Assembly (NCBI GenBank): GCA_016182045.1
Contig: JACOYE010000007.1
Location: 98,121 to 162,120 of the forward strand
Reading direction: 5' to 3'
Source: Candidatus Microgenomates bacterium
GTDB taxonomy: Bacteria > Patescibacteriota > Microgenomatia > Daviesbacterales > UBA10151
Length of the DNA stretch: 64,000 nucleotides
Shown: positions 61,154 to 64,000 of the stretch, one piece after another
How the letters are laid out: every line of letters starts with the position of its first letter
Numbering within the stretch: position 1 is the stretch's first letter
Made by a program: the position numbers and the translations under genes
Notes under the pieces: model-generated
The model's database searches: none
The model's input: the letters and a program-made list of their open reading frames with translations, nothing else
Told to the model about the DNA's origin: nothing

Positions 61154-64000
61154 GTGGCTGAAACTGACGAAGATATCATTAAAAAAAATATTATTCAGCT
61201 TTCGCGAAACACTCCTGTAGCTTTAGTCGTGGGAGCTTCGGGCTTTTTAGGTTCTCATCTGGTTGATAAGCTACTGGAAACAGGTATTCATGTTGTGGGT
61301 GTTGATAACTTTAAAAATGGATTAAAGCAGAACCTGGAAGTAGCGGTAAAAAATAAACATTTTCACCTTGTAAATTTATCTGCTGAGGATTTGGACTTAA
61401 ATCTGGAAAGATTGGATTATTTATTTATAGTAGCTTCAGGCGGTTGGGACATTGACAAGATACTTAAGCTTTTTAATTCCACCAGATGCCGGACTCTTTT
61501 AGTTTCATCGGTGGATTTATACTCAGATGAAGTGAACGAAAACATCAAGTGGTTTAGGCAAACCGAGGCAAAATTGGCCCGAGTTGCTCATGAGAATAAA
61601 TTAAATGCCAGGATATTAAGATTAGGTCCGGTTTTTGGTCCCAGGATGATCTTTAAAACAAAAGATCCCATCGTCAGATTAATTCAGATAGCCTTAACTG
61701 GTGATTTACAGAAAGAATTTGCCTTAGATTTTTCATCAAGAGCTCTATATGTTGATGACGCTATTGCCCTGATTGTCAAGTGCATGATGGCCGGAGCAAC
61801 AGCCATGAAGATCTTTGACGGGGTTTCACCTACTCCTGTAAAGGTTTCGGAAGTAAAGCAGATCCTTTTGGACCCTCTTTGGTACGAACAACGCCAATTT
61901 AAGCCTTCTGAGTTGCCCCCTTGGCCTACTCCCAATTTGGAAAAAACGCAAAAGTTTTTAAACTGGCACCCCCGTACCGACTTGATAGAGGCTTTAAAAA
62001 ATACCCTGGTCTATTTTAGGGATAAGGAAATCCCTTTGGCCAAGTTTGAGGATGAGGTGCAGGAGAAGAAGCAAGCAGAGGAGAAGCAGTGGCAGCAAAA
62101 GCAGCAAGAGCACCTCAGGGTTATTAAGCAAGAGCCTCCCCAAAAGAGGAGGTTTAGCTGGCCCAAGTTGCCGATGAATTTATCAAAAATCTATTTTTTG
62201 GCGATTTTAATGCTGATATTTTATGCCATGATTTGGCCGGCAATGGTCTTGGGTTGGGGGGTGACAACCTTTAGGTATCAGCTGGCTCAGGCAGCGGCCA
62301 ATTTACAAAAAGGGGAGTTTGAGACCAGTTTAAATAATATCAGTCAGGCGGAGGCTGGTGTTGCTCAGGCACAATCAGTGGTTGATTCAGTGGCTCCTTT
62401 AAGAAAAGTTGATTTTTTAAAAGATCAATTTGAGGCGGTAGACTCTCTTTTAGAACTGGCCGCACTCTCTGCCAAAGCCTCCAGAGGTACCACAGTTGGC
62501 ACTAGCGCGCTTTTTGAAGGCTTAAAGGCTGTGACAGGGGAGGTGGACATGAGCGCAGCTGATTTATTCAGCCAGGCTCAGGTGGAGCTGGCCGGGGCAG
62601 ATCAGAATTTGGCATTAGCTCAGCTCTTTTTGGAGGATGATAATTTTTATCAAAATATCCCCTCTTTTTTTAAGGAGAGGAGCTTAGCTTTAAAGGATAG
62701 GTTGGAGATCTATTCAGATTTGATATCAAAGGCAAGAGCATCAAGCATGATCCTGCCGGAAATTGTGGCGCTTGGGGGCAAAAAAGATTATCTGGTGCTT
62801 TTACAAAACAATAACGAGCTTCGACCCACAGGTGGTTTTATCGGCTCTTTTGCTAAAATTTCCTTTGAAGGAGGGAAGCTGAAGAAACTAGAGGTGAATG
62901 ATATTTATGCCATTGATGGGCAGCTTAAGGTACACATTGAACCGCCAAAAGAAATTAAGGAGGATTTAGGGCAAATAGATTGGTTTTTGCGGGATTCAAA
63001 CTGGGAAAGCGATTTTCCCACCTCGGCCAGGCAGGCTGAATGGTTTTATAACAAAGAGACAGGGGAGACAGTCCAAGGGGTAGTGGCTTTGGATGTATCG
63101 GCCATGGAAAAGCTTTTGGGGGTGGTGGGACCTTTGGATTTGGCTGATTATAATGAAACTATCACAGCGGAAAATTTGTTTGAAAGAACCATCACTCATG
63201 CCGAGCAGGGTTTTTTCCCCGGTTCTCAATCTAAAAAAAGCTTTATCACAGCTTTGACCACCCAACTTTTTAACAAAGTTTTTTTCCTGCCTAAACTAAA
63301 CTGGTCGGGTATTGTCCAAGCTTTGGGCGAGGTTTTGGAAGAAAAGCACATGAGTATTTACCTAAATGATCCGAAGCTGTTTTCTTATCTTCTCTCCCAA
63401 AATTGGGCAGGCGCCTTGCCCAGGACTGCTGAGGAGGCAGAAGGTTTGGTGACAGACCTGCTCGCCCCGGTGGAGGCTAATTTGGGAGCTAACAAAGTTA
63501 ATTACTATCTTGACAGATCTTACAATTTGGAAACTACCATCGGTAAAGACGGTGAAATCAAACACAAGCTTAAGATCACCTATTTAAACAGGAGTCCTTC
63601 CGATGCCTGGCCGGGAGGAGTGTACAAAAATAGAATGAGGATCTATCTGCCTTTTGGCTCCAAAATGACCAGGATGCTGTGGGGGGAGGTGGATATCACC
63701 CGCAGTGTCACAAGCTTTGTGGATTTTGGCAGGTCAGGCTATTCCATGCTTTTGGAGCTTCAACCAAAAGAGCAAAAAAGTTTGATTTTGGATTATGAGC
63801 CGCCTCTTCCTTTGCAGTTTAAAGACGGTCAGGCTATTTACAGACTGGATGTAATTAAGCAGGCAGGAACTCTGACAGATCCTTTTGAATGGAGGGTGAC
63901 TTTTCCCCTCAATTACAGATTGGTTTCCCAGGATAGTCAGAGATTGGCTCCGCAAGAGAGGGTAATCTCCACAGATTTATCCAAGGACAGAAGTTTTGAG
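61154..64000 (+). CDS. long ORF, partial: NAD-dependent epimerase/dehydratase-like N-domain fused via a TM helix to a DUF4012-like extracellular domain (runs off window end)
   Basis: hand-translated single stop-free frame from 61145 to 64000 (first plausible start GTG 61154); Rossmann ALVVGASGFLGSHLVDKLL; TM IYFLAILMLIFYAMIWPAMVLGWGV; LLQNNNELRPTGGFIGSFA (DUF4012-like). Not in ORF track (no stop in window); the four listed minus-strand ORFs here are antisense artefacts. Confidence 0.55.
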   Translation, partial: MAETDEDIIKKNIIQLSRNTPVALVVGASGFLGSHLVDKLLETGIHVVGVDNFKNGLKQNLEVAVKNKHFHLVNLSAEDLDLNLERLDYLFIVASGGWDIDKILKLFNSTRCRTLLVSSVDLYSDEVNENIKWFRQTEAKLARVAHENKLNARILRLGPVFGPRMIFKTKDPIVRLIQIALTGDLQKEFALDFSSRALYVDDAIALIVKCMMAGATAMKIFDGVSPTPVKVSEVKQILLDPLWYEQRQFKPSELPPWPTPNLEKTQKFLNWHPRTDLIEALKNTLVYFRDKEIPLAKFEDEVQEKKQAEEKQWQQKQQEHLRVIKQEPPQKRRFSWPKLPMNLSKIYFLAILMLIFYAMIWPAMVLGWGVTTFRYQLAQAAANLQKGEFETSLNNISQAEAGVAQAQSVVDSVAPLRKVDFLKDQFEAVDSLLELAALSAKASRGTTVGTSALFEGLKAVTGEVDMSAADLFSQAQVELAGADQNLALAQLFLEDDNFYQNIPSFFKERSLALKDRLEIYSDLISKARASSMILPEIVALGGKKDYLVLLQNNNELRPTGGFIGSFAKISFEGGKLKKLEVNDIYAIDGQLKVHIEPPKEIKEDLGQIDWFLRDSNWESDFPTSARQAEWFYNKETGETVQGVVALDVSAMEKLLGVVGPLDLADYNETITAENLFERTITHAEQGFFPGSQSKKSFITALTTQLFNKVFFLPKLNWSGIVQALGEVLEEKHMSIYLNDPKLFSYLLSQNWAGALPRTAEEAEGLVTDLLAPVEANLGANKVNYYLDRSYNLETTIGKDGEIKHKLKITYLNRSPSDAWPGGVYKNRMRIYLPFGSKMTRMLWGEVDITRSVTSFVDFGRSGYSMLLELQPKEQKSLILDYEPPLPLQFKDGQAIYRLDVIKQAGTLTDPFEWRVTFPLNYRLVSQDSQRLAPQERVISTDLSKDRSFE

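Noticed and set aside
61684-63955. Four minus-strand ORFs (61684..61935, 62996..63265, 63362..63565, 63734..63955)
   Set aside because: All lie antisense within the long stop-free + strand epimerase/DUF4012-like ORF; short, no motifs.
1-64000. rRNA genes, prophage structural genes, transposases
   Set aside because: Scanned both strands for rRNA-like conserved stretches, capsid/terminase-sized ORFs and DDE/IS motifs; none recognised in this window.

Overview
AT-rich, gene-dense bacterial chromosomal segment. Gene content, many small genes and an abundance of toxin-antitoxin pairs suggest a Patescibacteria/CPR-like genome, but that is inference.

Conserved backbone: glutaredoxin-like/cytidylyltransferase/msrA; two-component system; dnaG-rpoD; NUDIX; comF; tmRNA-smpB; dnaA/dnaN with a putative oriC; rpmH-rnpA-yidD-yidC-jag; Wzy/Wzx-like membrane proteins; rnhA; and a long epimerase-DUF4012-like ORF that is absent from the ORF track. 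Six tRNAs: Asn, Arg, and four Ser isoacceptors.

Accessory content:
1. A tRNA-Asn-adjacent island (~3.4-8.4 kb) with two Fic proteins, an amidase, BrnT/BrnA, an HNH nuclease, and a GIY-YIG gene that reads into the tRNA, flanked by a duplicated tRNA 5' fragment.
2. A type-IV-secretion-like pilus locus (28.9-34.2 kb and 45.9-52.3 kb): six tandem VirB2/TrbC-like pilin paralogs, one fused to a Cys-rich secreted domain; a polytopic VirB6-like protein; a DEAW-motif VirB4-type ATPase apparently split into two ORFs; and an SLT+M23 cell-wall hydrolase. No relaxase or coupling protein is visible.
3. Splitting that locus, a 1474-aa Pro-rich giant protein and a repeat-delimited cassette array (38.7-45.7 kb) of AAA_14/DUF4143 ATPases and TA modules. 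Each cassette is followed by an ~80-bp conserved element whose far end supplies a TTGACA -35 box for the next cassette. One more copy follows the HTH-Fic gene at 3.6 kb.
4. A second dispersed palindromic repeat family next to housekeeping genes.
5. A direct-repeat-flanked two-ORF insertion (DUF5678-like + retropepsin-like DSGA motif) between dnaA and rpmH.
6. A PD-(D/E)xK-like ORF inserted between dnaA and dnaN.
7. A RelE/Phd module inserted with a duplicated NUDIX gene start.

All calls rest on reading the provided translations and sequence by hand; no searches were run.
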